From positions 320,001-384,000 of the forward strand of contig BK006945.2 of NCBI GenBank assembly GCA_000146045.2: 64,000 bases of DNA. Direction: 5' to 3'. The translations under genes were made by a program, and so were the position numbers. The notes beneath the pieces are model-generated. The model was not told where the DNA came from, made no database searches, and saw only the letters and a list, made by a program, of their open reading frames with translations. Source of the stretch: TPA_inf: Saccharomyces. Lineage: Eukaryota. Within the stretch, counting starts at the first letter, position 1; each line of letters opens with the position of its first letter. This document shows positions 35,001 through 44,115 of this stretch, piece by piece.

Positions 35001-38000
35001 GGAGAATCTGGGACGAATAGCAGAAGCAAACCTGTACCAAATGTGATCCAAGCTTCTCCCAGTTCTTCTAATGATTTCGAACTTTCAGCCAAATCTAGAG
35101 CGGGAAAGATGTATTCTGCAAAAGTCACGCGTGTCTCTGAAGCAGTTTTTTCTTCTATGAGAGAGCAAAGTTCTTTCAAAGTCAATTTCAAGCAGTCCCC
35201 GCCGACGTGAATATCAATAACTTTTCTGAGCCATGACAGTAACATATTTTTATAGTACTCCATTTGGCTCTTAAGTAGGTTAGGTGAACACTTGATAGTG
35301 GAGGAAAGTAGCAATTCTGCGTCACTAATAGATTGTTTGATCTGATTTCCCGAAAATGATTTCAAATTATTAGATTTACGAACGACATCTTCGAGAAACT
35401 GGGATGAAAATATGGTAGAAGTAAAGGAAGTCAATTTAGCATTTTTTTCTGTCCAAAGAACATCAAAGATAGGCGGATAATTGTATTTGTTGGTAATAAG
35501 TTTTGTAAGTTTTTGCGTGGCTAAAGAAGAAGCGGGAGCAAGTTCTTTTATTAGCTCGGCTGTGTCAACTGAGAAGGTATATCTGATCAAATTGTCAAAT
35601 TCGTCAGCAAAATAATGTTTTCTTTTGTTTAAAAACTTATTTGAAATTAGTTCCAATTCATTTATACCATCTTCTAACTTTGATAGCAAGAGATTAAACT
35701 CACTTAATTTATTATTCAACACATCATCATTTAGCAACCGGAAAACGTCCATCAAATCCTTAATGGAATTGTATGATTCAGAAAATTGGAGCAGACGTAC
35801 TTTGTCAAATTTTTCAGATAAATTAATGAGCTTTTCGAAAGCTAGCCAGCTGTTGGAGGTTGTCGGATAATTTTTTCTGAATATATCCCATAGTAAAGTT
35901 ATGGAGTGGCCCCTCGACAACTGTAAAACATCGGTAAATTCCAAATTGATGTTAAGGAAGGGAGTTATCTCAATGTCTGATTTGGATTTTACGGACGCAA
36001 TCCAGCTATCTATCAACTCCTTATATACTCTTAGACGTGCTTCATCCTTTGTAACGGCGGTTTCTAATGCTGCAATTACAATTACCAGTAAATCCCAATA
36101 ATATTGATATTGGTTGGAGCCGCAAAATAAACTTTCCGTCTTAAGGTTTTCAGACATTACTGTTAAAATATTGTAGAGAATACAGAATATTGGAATGCGA
36201 GGAATATTCTTCAAATGGCGACCGTTAAAGGCAGCCGCAGATAATTCAATATACGTCAGTTCGTCAATTTTACCATGAGTTGATTTTTCATTGATTAATT
36301 TGAGAGCGTTCAAAGAGTTGAGTAGCAGACGTAAACTTGATAATAAGTATAACGACTCTGGAGATTTGATCTTATCTGAATACTTGCTGACTGTTGGAAG
36401 AACATATTCGTTCAAGGTAAGCGAGACAGTTTCCTCTGTCAATTGCTTATCATGCAGCCCCAAAGCCTTCTGGAATTTTAGGTTTGCAGGTTTGTATAGG
36501 TTATTAATCTTTTCTAAGACACCCATATCAGTCAAAAATGTTATAAAAACATAAAGCCTTTCTGCGATCTTTTTTTCTGAGTACTCCGTGCAATTCAATA
36601 CATTATTGGCCCATTTACCAACTTCCCCTAAATGGGAAATCGGAATAACAGCAGCAAGAGATTCTTCAATTGGTTCTTCGTCAGATAATAATAAAATATC
36701 ATGTACTTGTGCAAATATGCATGGTCTGCTTAAATAGGATGGAACATAGTGTTTTAATGGTATCGACATATCAGGTTCATTTAGTTTTATTTTTTTGATG
36801 CCATCATCAATAGAAACAAAGTCTATATTCTCTCCAAGTTCAAAGCCTAGGGTGAGGCGATCGAAGGCTGTAGAACGACTGTGCAATTCGTCGATATAAA
36901 TCTCCACACCTCTGTTTCTCATAGCTCGGGATAATTCACCATATTTTGGATCCATGGTCAAAAATAATCTGAAGTTAGGGTGGGGTTTGAGAACCCTTGG
37001 TTGGCCATCTTCTTGGCTACATTCATTGATGAGCAGCGACCCGTCTATCTCCAATAGAGAGTTCAGTCTATCAAGAACAGAAGGAGAACAAAGATTAGCA
37101 TTATCTAAGATTAGCCAATGGCCCTTTTCAACTGCTTTGACCAACATGCCATCAAACCATTCAAATTTAACCGAAGCTTCCTTAGTGATGATTTCAGTCA
37201 TTTTTTCAATATTCATACTCATAGTTTTTAATAGGGGATGCCCTTCTAAGTGCGAAAAGAACCTATTAAAACGATTTCTGAAATCTTGGAATTTCTCAGG
37301 TGTGACGATATTATTGAGCAAATATTTCAATAAGTTCAAACCTTCCATGATTGCGGTAGCATTTGGTGAGAGCTTCATATTCATCGAGATTATTTCTCTT
37401 ACGATATTTGTTAACTCCTCAGTGATATATGATATTTGTCTAGTCAAATCAACTTGTTCATAACCACCAAGGATATCCATACTATCTATATCACTATTCA
37501 TGGAAAACACGTCTACTCTGGGACCCAAGATTGAAGCTAAAAATCTTATCGTTTCCGTTTTACCGGAGTTTGAGGGCCCAACAAGTACCAACGGCCAATT
37601 ATTGTTGATTGCTTTCAAAACAGATTCATAAACGGCGACATTGCACTCTAATGGGAAAAGATTCTGGGTAATTGGATAGCGGTAATGGGGATTTCTTAGA
37701 GCTACCTCGTTGTTAATTTGAACATAGTCTTCTGTAAGTTTGAAAAAGTTCTCTTTAGTTGAGAATTTACCAAAAATATCTTCAATGAGAAGCTGTGCTT
37801 TATTCTTATCGCTGATAGTACGGAACCTCTGCTTAACGATTATATCAACAAAGTCAAACACGTCCACATCTTCGCAAATCGAATATTGGTTGAGTAACTT
37901 TAGCCAACGCAATGTATCTCTCAAATTGAACTCCCATGGTGAACCAGAATTACCCCAAAGTTTTCTTTTACAGACTTGATCCTCTAAAGTAGACATTAAC

Positions 38001-41000
38001 TTAATCATTTTCGCGATGATATCTGGCTCAATACTTGGATATAAGTGTTTTGCAATCAAAAGGAGATCATCAGATGTAAGCATGTCAATAAATACCACGC
38101 TAAATCGATTAACGAAAGATTTAGGAAGACCTTTCCTACCACCACCTTGATACTGAGGATTTTGAGCAGCAAAGACCAGAAAATTGGGGTGGCAGGAAAA
38201 CGATATGTCCAACTCGGGGATATACGCTTCGCCTCGATGATCTAAACAGGCATTCAACCCTTCTAGGACGGATTGGGAGGCTAAATTCATTTCATCTAAT
38301 AAAACCCACTCACCTTTCTTCATTGCTCTTAAAAACGGAGCATCGTGCCATAAAAATTCACCACTTCGCTCACCAGGAGCGTCTGCACCGAAAAGATCTA
38401 CTAGATCCGTTTGTTCAGACAAATTGATTCTTGTAAGCTTATTTCCTGTAATATTGGCAAGAGCGGTGATTAAACTTGTTTTACCAACACCTGGACTACC
38501 TTCAAGTAAAATTGGCTTGTGTACTTGCATAGCCCGTACAACCCTTACTAAGTTTGAGGCAGTAGTGGGGGCGGTTAAGTTAAAGGATGAAGACTGAGCA
38601 TCTGGAAATCTTGGTATTTTGAACATTCCGACTTGTAATTCATCCTGAGTCACAATAATTTCGTTCGTTTCAATTTGTTGTAGTTCCAAATCGTCACCAC
38701 ATAGTTTCAATAGTTGTATAATACATTCTGTTCTAAGTGACTTTAAATCATTTTCGTTTTCAGCTAAGTAAGCAGTGTTATTTGTACCAAGGGCGTCAAT
38801 AAAAACCATTGAGGCACCTTGAATTAAGGCAGTTGACTTGTTCTGTATTTTCGGAAACACTTTATTAATAAATTCAACCCATGCAAGTATGTCACGTAAA
38901 GAAATGACACCACTTGTTGCATTTCCGCCTCCCAGCTTCTTGCCAAACCATTCAGAGAATTTCACAATTGGATTAGCAAGATCTTTCAAGTCCTCTAAAA
39001 GCCTTGAGGATACGATCATGTTTACATCGTTGAAATCTTCCATGGATGGTACCCATATTTCAGTAAATCTATTTCTTAACGCTGGAGATAATTCTTTTTT
39101 ACCGTAATCTCCACCAGGGTTCATGGTTGCGAAGAATTGAAAGTTTTCTGAAGCCGTTACAAGGCTATCGGATGAACCCTGTTCTGCTAACAACAAACTC
39201 CTTTCTGGCTCCAAAACACTATTTAGTCTTTCAAGAACGGAATCATCTGCTAGCGATATTTCATCAAGTAGAAAAAAATTTCCCGTCCTCATAGCTTGAA
39301 TCAGAGGCCCGTCACTCCATTCAAATAAAACATTCAAACTATCCCTCAGCTTTTGTATTTCCAGTTGAACATCTTCGGCTATATTTTTATTATCTGACTT
39401 AGAATATAGCTGTAATAACTCTTTCAAGTCTACATCTTGGTCATTAGCAATATTCAATGCTGTTTTTAAGGATTTTATTAGCTTATATTGAATTTCAGAC
39501 CTGTTACGAACAGGTCTTTGAGCACCTAATATGTCTCCAGTTTCTGTGTTTTGATGGGCATTTAGTGTGATCAGTTCTCGACCCATGAATTGCGCCAATA
39601 ATTGGCAAATTGTTGTTTTGCCGCACCCAGTTTCACCTACCAGTAGTACTGGCTCCTTATTCTTTAAACAACTAGAAACTAAGACGGATAGTCGGCGCAT
39701 TCCTTTTGTCCAAGTAACAGAGCCAATGGCTTCTAAGGATTTATCTTCCAGACTTGCATAATATTGGTCCATATCTAATTTAACTTTCATTACTTTTTCT
39801 AAAGTCTTTTTGACTGTAACTTTTTCTTGTGGAGTTCTGCACCTTTCTGCAAGAAGCATATAGCCACTGGCAGCAAGCTGCTCATATCCCACTGCGTCCC
39901 TTAAAGCCCAGCGGAAAAGATCACGTAGAGTTGCAAAACTATTTTTCTGTTCGAACAACCTTGAAGCGGAACGTTCGATGGATAATTGGCGGTATACTTC
40001 AACGATTTTCTTTGCATATGATGGGGCAATTTGGCAGCGCTCACGTAGGATAATTTCTAATTCATCTTGCGGAATATCGTCGAAGTGCAACTCCAGAAAA
40101 CGATTCCTAAAAGCTCTTGAAAGAATTTTACGGCCACCGTATATCCCAGGTGGATTCTGGGTAGCAAAAAGAAGGAAATCAGGATGAGGATGTACAACTT
40201 CTTGTGTTTCTGGAATAAAAAGTTCTCTGTTATCGTCAAGTAACCTATTTAAGGCTTCTAAAACATCGGTTGGGGCAAGATTTAATTCATCCAAAACAAT
40301 CCAATATCCTTTTCGTAGTGCCTCGACTAAAACACCTTCCTTAAACGACAGCTTTCCGGTATCATCGGTAACATATGTACCTAAATATTCCTGTAAATCT
40401 GTATGCTCATGGTTATTTATACGGACAAACTTATGGCCCGTTATATCCGCAAGATATTTGATCATACTGGTTTTTCCCGATGAAGTTGGACCTTGAATAA
40501 GCACAGGAAATCTTTTGCCTGATGTAGCTCTTACCAAATTCATCATATTCTTTTCAACAAAAGGCGTAATGATATAGTGAGCTTGTTCTTGAATTGTATT
40601 AGGGCCCTTTTTCATCCAATAATGCTTAAACTGAACATAATCTGGTCCTGGAGAGGGAGGTGTCTGTGACATGATTGACTTGACATTTTTTAGCCTCCCC
40701 AATGTGAATTTTTCTATTACTGGCTTCAGAATGGCCTCAGATTTTTGGTCCAGTAAAGTCAAAAAACTCATACAGAATCCATCATACAGGGAACGGCGTA
40801 GACCGTAGATATGAATAATATCAGTAACATAAAGCAATGTACGCGTCAGGGTACGGATACTAAAGTGTGGTTTTTGGTTTGAGCCATCAACTATAGTATT
40901 GTTATCGGAGAGTTTTTTGGCTTCAAGGTAAAGTTCAGCGATGTCATTTCCTACCCATTCATCGCTGACGCTGTACTTTCCAATATATTTATCAATTATG

Positions 41001-43738
41001 GAAAGCAAATCAGTAATATCACGTTCCGGAGAATGTACATATATTTCGGTAAATCTTGATCTGATACCCATAGGTAAGTCTCTTTTACCAACATCAGTAG
41101 CGGGGTTCATACAAGCAAATATTCTAAAATCGGGGTGAGCTTTTATAGGCTCAGCGTCACCCTTTTCTGAAAGAAGAATACTACGAGAATCAGGCTCGGT
41201 GAGAAGGTCAGAAATACTTTCTAAGGTATCTGCGGTTGCTAAATTCACTTCATCGAGCAATAGCCACTCCCCAGCCCTGATAGTCTTTACCAAAGAACCC
41301 TCGACAAAATTGAAGACAAACGAGTTTTCAATAGAGCTAGACTGGGCCTCAAACTTCTTCACTGAGTCATTGAAGTCAGCCCATTTGTCAAGTAACAATT
41401 TTTTTTCATGAGTATTGAGTCTTCTTTTCTTCTTCTTTGCATTTTCGTTTTCATTTTCAGTGTTTGTAATTTTTAATATGCTTTGAGCCATTTTGTACGC
41501 TTCGTTCCAAAGTTTAACAACGTTCTTCCATTGATTCTTGTTGAAGCACCTATGTAGCATCTTGTGAAACTTCTCGTTCTTCTTTAAGGAAAATGTAGCA
41601 TTAAAAAGAGTTTCAAAATTTTCTTGTATAGGAACTGCAACTGTTTTAGAATTTACGGGTTTGTACCCACCAAGAAGATCACCAGTTTCTGTTTGTTGTG
41701 AAACATTGATTACCGTTAATTTTTTTGCTAACATCTTAGCAAGTTGTTGAACGACTGTAGTTTTCCCGGTACCCGTTTCACCGACTAGTAAAACAGGTTC
41801 AGTCATCTGTATACAAACAGAAATCTGTTCCATTAGTCTTAAAGAATGATTCGTAAATGCGAACAATGTGCTGTTCATTGATTTTTTTTGTATATTTAGC
41901 TTTTCCTTAAGTAATACGGCTCTTCCAATTTTAATGCTATCATCAAGGTTTTCCAAAGTGGGCACATGTTGGGTCAAAAATAACGAAATCCTTGAGGAAG
42001 CAATGTCTAATGACTCGCCGATTGCTTGTATAATAGGTTCCAAAGCTTTGAATTCTCCAATAGCGCCAGCGAAACAGTCGGCGGCTTCGGAGAAAATACT
42101 GTCGTAGACAGAAGACTGGATTAGTTGGTCAGGTTTGTTGATGCCATTGTTTTTGAATAGGATGTCTAACCTTTCGCACAGCTTAATTAAATCTCTTACA
42201 GATACAACTCTTGTGTGTGCCCCCTTGTTCAATGAAATGAACTTGGTGTTCATATAAATACTTTTGACGTTTTTGTATGAATCGATTAGTTTGGGGATAA
42301 GGTTGGTCAAAATGGGAAACTTTTGGGCTAAAATGTGTGTCAAATCCTCTTCGCTAGGTTCCTCTAATTCAATAACATTCCAGATTCTCATACCAATCAT
42401 ATTCAAGTTATAGATCTTATTGGAACTATCCTTCTGATGATCTTCGTTTATTCTAACAGTTGATATTAACTGGAAACCATTTGCAGCCTTTACAGTCTCT
42501 CCTCTGGATGGAATGGTTAGTTCGCGCTTTTCTAAAAGCGATAAAAGTATTGATAAAACATCTGTAGGAGCTTTATCTATGTCTTCTATAAGTACCCATC
42601 TCCCTTCTTTGACCGCGGTAGCGAGAACACCAGCTCTCCATTCAAACGTGCCTGGCTTGTCACCAGAGGTATAAGTACCAATCAGTAACTTGGCATCAGT
42701 TTGTTCACCTAAATGAATTTTCACAATGGAGTCATGGCAACCCATATATTTACTTAGCTCATTGATTAAAAAGGTTTTACCGGATCCCGCTTTTCCAATG
42801 AGCATTATTGGAGTTGAATTTTGAATCTTTCTCCCGAGTTGACGAAGAGAGGAAACCGTTTTATGAGTAGGGACAAAGGTTAATGGGTAGAATACTTTGT
42901 CGTGGATAGTGTGGACCTTAGGGACGATAACGCCACAGATTGACGCGACCTTAGTACTCAAATCCTGAGGCTCAATAATGAAGTAGCTAGATTTTTTTTC
43001 TATAGTGAAACATTCTGGAACACTGGGTAGTTTAGAGAAATTTGCACATCTCTTAGCTTCGTTCAGTTCGAGGAAGCTGTAATCAATTCCAGAATCGCCC
43101 TCAAAATGGCCCAACAATGAATCGCGTGATTTTATATAAGTGTCGAGCATATCGTTTAATGTTTTTTCTCCCATGTCTAAGTATAAAGATAAAACCTTTA
43201 ATGCTAGAAATATAACAACCTGATTTTCTTGTTCTTTGGTGAGTAAATCCACAAGTTGGTATAAAATGTCGGGTTGAATGAAGCGTGCAAATACTTCTTT
43301 ATTGTGATATAGTAACCTATAGTATGCTAATAGTATTTTAAACATGTCGGAATCCTTTTGTGTGGATGGATTTTGAAGAATAGTGATGAAATGATCATTC
43401 TCTTTATCTAAATAGTCTTCAATTAATGGCATTGCAACGGGAAATATTGTAATTATACTTGCCAACTTTTCAATTACAAGAACGTAATCTTTTTTTTTGG
43501 AGTCCTTTATCCAACGTGCCACTATCTCTAAAAAAATATGTTTGTAAAGGAAAACATGACCAGTGATGGAACGGCTATGTAGTATAGTTCCTGCTAAATT
43601 GTCTAAATTCTCAGAAGTTGATTCCTTGTTGCTAAAGTGGAAGGGCGCTTCAATAGCATCAGAGGGAAAAGCAGAATTGAAGAGAATTAACCTTTGGTTA
43701 ACTACGTCTAAATCTAACAAAATTCTATCCTGGGACAT
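29006..43738 (-). CDS. MDN1: Midasin/Rea1: giant AAA+ ATPase of 60S ribosome biogenesis; six tandem AAA protomers, long helical linker, D/E-rich region, C-terminal MIDAS domain
   Basis: The 4910-aa single ORF has six Walker A motifs (GKAGSGKT, GETGTGKT, GPTSSGKT, GETGCGKT, GSPGVGKT, GPSNSGKT). It has a roughly 600-aa Asp/Glu-rich segment and a C-terminal vWA/MIDAS domain with the DxSxS motif (ALDDSKSMS). Confidence 0.97.
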   Translation of the reverse strand: MSQDRILLDLDVVNQRLILFNSAFPSDAIEAPFHFSNKESTSENLDNLAGTILHSRSITGHVFLYKHIFLEIVARWIKDSKKKDYVLVIEKLASIITIFPVAMPLIEDYLDKENDHFITILQNPSTQKDSDMFKILLAYYRLLYHNKEVFARFIQPDILYQLVDLLTKEQENQVVIFLALKVLSLYLDMGEKTLNDMLDTYIKSRDSLLGHFEGDSGIDYSFLELNEAKRCANFSKLPSVPECFTIEKKSSYFIIEPQDLSTKVASICGVIVPKVHTIHDKVFYPLTFVPTHKTVSSLRQLGRKIQNSTPIMLIGKAGSGKTFLINELSKYMGCHDSIVKIHLGEQTDAKLLIGTYTSGDKPGTFEWRAGVLATAVKEGRWVLIEDIDKAPTDVLSILLSLLEKRELTIPSRGETVKAANGFQLISTVRINEDHQKDSSNKIYNLNMIGMRIWNVIELEEPSEEDLTHILAQKFPILTNLIPKLIDSYKNVKSIYMNTKFISLNKGAHTRVVSVRDLIKLCERLDILFKNNGINKPDQLIQSSVYDSIFSEAADCFAGAIGEFKALEPIIQAIGESLDIASSRISLFLTQHVPTLENLDDSIKIGRAVLLKEKLNIQKKSMNSTLFAFTNHSLRLMEQISVCIQMTEPVLLVGETGTGKTTVVQQLAKMLAKKLTVINVSQQTETGDLLGGYKPVNSKTVAVPIQENFETLFNATFSLKKNEKFHKMLHRCFNKNQWKNVVKLWNEAYKMAQSILKITNTENENENAKKKKRRLNTHEKKLLLDKWADFNDSVKKFEAQSSSIENSFVFNFVEGSLVKTIRAGEWLLLDEVNLATADTLESISDLLTEPDSRSILLSEKGDAEPIKAHPDFRIFACMNPATDVGKRDLPMGIRSRFTEIYVHSPERDITDLLSIIDKYIGKYSVSDEWVGNDIAELYLEAKKLSDNNTIVDGSNQKPHFSIRTLTRTLLYVTDIIHIYGLRRSLYDGFCMSFLTLLDQKSEAILKPVIEKFTLGRLKNVKSIMSQTPPSPGPDYVQFKHYWMKKGPNTIQEQAHYIITPFVEKNMMNLVRATSGKRFPVLIQGPTSSGKTSMIKYLADITGHKFVRINNHEHTDLQEYLGTYVTDDTGKLSFKEGVLVEALRKGYWIVLDELNLAPTDVLEALNRLLDDNRELFIPETQEVVHPHPDFLLFATQNPPGIYGGRKILSRAFRNRFLELHFDDIPQDELEIILRERCQIAPSYAKKIVEVYRQLSIERSASRLFEQKNSFATLRDLFRWALRDAVGYEQLAASGYMLLAERCRTPQEKVTVKKTLEKVMKVKLDMDQYYASLEDKSLEAIGSVTWTKGMRRLSVLVSSCLKNKEPVLLVGETGCGKTTICQLLAQFMGRELITLNAHQNTETGDILGAQRPVRNRSEIQYKLIKSLKTALNIANDQDVDLKELLQLYSKSDNKNIAEDVQLEIQKLRDSLNVLFEWSDGPLIQAMRTGNFFLLDEISLADDSVLERLNSVLEPERSLLLAEQGSSDSLVTASENFQFFATMNPGGDYGKKELSPALRNRFTEIWVPSMEDFNDVNMIVSSRLLEDLKDLANPIVKFSEWFGKKLGGGNATSGVISLRDILAWVEFINKVFPKIQNKSTALIQGASMVFIDALGTNNTAYLAENENDLKSLRTECIIQLLKLCGDDLELQQIETNEIIVTQDELQVGMFKIPRFPDAQSSSFNLTAPTTASNLVRVVRAMQVHKPILLEGSPGVGKTSLITALANITGNKLTRINLSEQTDLVDLFGADAPGERSGEFLWHDAPFLRAMKKGEWVLLDEMNLASQSVLEGLNACLDHRGEAYIPELDISFSCHPNFLVFAAQNPQYQGGGRKGLPKSFVNRFSVVFIDMLTSDDLLLIAKHLYPSIEPDIIAKMIKLMSTLEDQVCKRKLWGNSGSPWEFNLRDTLRWLKLLNQYSICEDVDVFDFVDIIVKQRFRTISDKNKAQLLIEDIFGKFSTKENFFKLTEDYVQINNEVALRNPHYRYPITQNLFPLECNVAVYESVLKAINNNWPLVLVGPSNSGKTETIRFLASILGPRVDVFSMNSDIDSMDILGGYEQVDLTRQISYITEELTNIVREIISMNMKLSPNATAIMEGLNLLKYLLNNIVTPEKFQDFRNRFNRFFSHLEGHPLLKTMSMNIEKMTEIITKEASVKFEWFDGMLVKAVEKGHWLILDNANLCSPSVLDRLNSLLEIDGSLLINECSQEDGQPRVLKPHPNFRLFLTMDPKYGELSRAMRNRGVEIYIDELHSRSTAFDRLTLGFELGENIDFVSIDDGIKKIKLNEPDMSIPLKHYVPSYLSRPCIFAQVHDILLLSDEEPIEESLAAVIPISHLGEVGKWANNVLNCTEYSEKKIAERLYVFITFLTDMGVLEKINNLYKPANLKFQKALGLHDKQLTEETVSLTLNEYVLPTVSKYSDKIKSPESLYLLSSLRLLLNSLNALKLINEKSTHGKIDELTYIELSAAAFNGRHLKNIPRIPIFCILYNILTVMSENLKTESLFCGSNQYQYYWDLLVIVIAALETAVTKDEARLRVYKELIDSWIASVKSKSDIEITPFLNINLEFTDVLQLSRGHSITLLWDIFRKNYPTTSNSWLAFEKLINLSEKFDKVRLLQFSESYNSIKDLMDVFRLLNDDVLNNKLSEFNLLLSKLEDGINELELISNKFLNKRKHYFADEFDNLIRYTFSVDTAELIKELAPASSLATQKLTKLITNKYNYPPIFDVLWTEKNAKLTSFTSTIFSSQFLEDVVRKSNNLKSFSGNQIKQSISDAELLLSSTIKCSPNLLKSQMEYYKNMLLSWLRKVIDIHVGGDCLKLTLKELCSLIEEKTASETRVTFAEYIFPALDLAESSKSLEELGEAWITFGTGLLLLFVPDSPYDPAIHDYVLYDLFLKTKTFSQNLMKSWRNVRKVISGDEEIFTEKLINTISDDDAPQSPRVYRTGMSIDSLFDEWMAFLSSTMSSRQIKELVSSYKCNSDQSDRRLEMLQQNSAHFLNRLESGYSKFADLNDILAGYIYSINFGFDLLKLQKSKDRASFQISPLWSMDPINISCAENVLSAYHELSRFFKKGDMEDTSIEKVLMYFLTLFKFHKRDTNLLEIFEAALYTLYSRWSVRRFRQEQEENEKSNMFKFNDNSDDYEADFRKLFPDYEDTALVTNEKDISSPENLDDIYFKLADTYISVFDKDHDANFSSELKSGAIITTILSEDLKNTRIEELKSGSLSAVINTLDAETQSFKNTEVFGNIDFYHDFSIPEFQKAGDIIETVLKSVLKLLKQWPEHATLKELYRVSQEFLNYPIKTPLARQLQKIEQIYTYLAEWEKYASSEVSLNNTVKLITDLIVSWRKLELRTWKGLFNSEDAKTRKSIGKWWFYLYESIVISNFVSEKKETAPNATLLVSSLNLFFSKSTLGEFNARLDLVKAFYKHIQLIGLRSSKIAGLLHNTIKFYYQFKPLIDERITNGKKSLEKEIDDIILLASWKDVNVDALKQSSRKSHNNLYKIVRKYRDLLNGDAKTIIEAGLLYSNENKLKLPTLKQHFYEDPNLEASKNLVKEISTWSMRAAPLRNIDTVASNMDSYLEKISSQEFPNFADLASDFYAEAERLRKETPNVYTKENKKRLAYLKTQKSKLLGDALKELRRIGLKVNFREDIQKVQSSTTTILANIAPFNNEYLNSSDAFFFKILDLLPKLRSAASNPSDDIPVAAIERGMALAQSLMFSLITVRHPLSEFTNDYCKINGMMLDLEHFTCLKGDIVHSSLKANVDNVRLFEKWLPSLLDYAAQTLSVISKYSATSEQQKILLDAKSTLSSFFVHFNSSRIFDSSFIESYSRFELFINELLKKLENAKETGNAFVFDIIIEWIKANKGGPIKKEQKRGPSVEDVEQAFRRTFTSIILSFQKVIGDGIESISETDDNWLSASFKKVMVNVKLLRSSVVSKNIETALSLLKDFDFTTTESIYVKSVISFTLPVITRYYNAMTVVLERSRIYYTNTSRGMYILSTILHSLAKNGFCSPQPPSEEVDDKNLQEGTGLGDGEGAQNNNKDVEQDEDLTEDAQNENKEQQDKDERDDENEDDAVEMEGDMAGELEDLSNGEENDDEDTDSEEEELDEEIDDLNEDDPNAIDDKMWDDKASDNSKEKDTDQNLDGKNQEEDVQAAENDEQQRDNKEGGDEDPNAPEDGDEEIENDENAEEENDVGEQEDEVKDEEGEDLEANVPEIETLDLPEDMNLDSEHEESDEDVDMSDGMPDDLNKEEVGNEDEEVKQESGIESDNENDEPGPEEDAGETETALDEEEGAEEDVDMTNDEGKEDEENGPEEQAMSDEEELKQDAAMEENKEKGGEQNTEGLDGVEEKADTEDIDQEAAVQQDSGSKGAGADATDTQEQDDVGGSGTTQNTYEEDQEDVTKNNEESREEATAALKQLGDSMKEYHRRRQDIKEAQTNGEEDENLEKNNERPDEFEHVEGANTETDTQALGSATQDQLQTIDEDMAIDDDREEQEVDQKELVEDADDEKMDIDEEEMLSDIDAHDANNDVDSKKSGFIGKRKSEEDFENELSNEHFSADQEDDSEIQSLIENIEDNPPDASASLTPERSLEESRELWHKSEISTADLVSRLGEQLRLILEPTLATKLKGDYKTGKRLNMKRIIPYIASQFRKDKIWLRRTKPSKRQYQIMIALDDSKSMSESKCVKLAFDSLCLVSKTLTQLEAGGLSIVKFGENIKEVHSFDQQFSNESGARAFQWFGFQETKTDVKKLVAESTKIFERARAMVHNDQWQLEIVISDGICEDHETIQKLVRRARENKIMLVFVIIDGITSNESILDMSQVNYIPDQYGNPQLKITKYLDTFPFEFYVVVHDISELPEMLSLILRQYFTDLASS
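29820..31620 (-). repeat. MDN1: Asp/Glu-rich low-complexity coding region of MDN1 (GAA/GAT/GAC-rich); generates spurious Ser-rich antisense ORFs
   Basis: The protein segment runs from ~SPQPPSEEVDDKN... to ...NIEDNPPDASASL and is >50% D/E. The plus strand is strongly TC-rich. The ORF-track antisense ORFs 30018..30203, 30567..31196 and 31281..31529 are poly-Ser artefacts. Confidence 0.85.
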
Positions 43739-43937
43739 TCTCAGCAGATTATAACGGTTTTAAAAATAATGTGACCGCGTAAAGTAGAGGTACCTTAAAA
43801 TAATAAGAGTAGAATTCGATGTCAAATTAACTCAGAGGTACTTTGAATCTTTAAAATAATCACTTTGGAGAGGAATGTCTAAAGTAAAGCAGTAAGTGAT
43901 ATAATGTTTTCTTTTCATAAAGCTAAATAGACCTTAG

Positions 43938-43960
43938 CTCATCGCTTCTTTAAAATTTTT
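43938..43960. promoter_or_regulatory. PAC (CTCATCGC = GCGATGAG rc) plus RRPE (AAAATTTTT) pair, about 180-200 bp upstream of MDN1 start
   Basis: CTCATCGC is at 43938-43945 and AAAATTTTT at 43952-43960, 6 bp apart. This is the signature promoter pair of ribosome-biogenesis regulon genes. Confidence 0.5.
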
Positions 43961-44115
43961 CACTCGAAAAAGAAAAAATACCTCGTAAAGGGCGACAATA
44001 AATGATGAGTAGAAAAAGAAATGGAATAACGGTTCAAGTGCATTTAAAATCAATGCCTTGAATATGTGTTTCAGTATACATTCAGTTTGACTATATATCA
44101 AGAGAAAGCTTTAGT

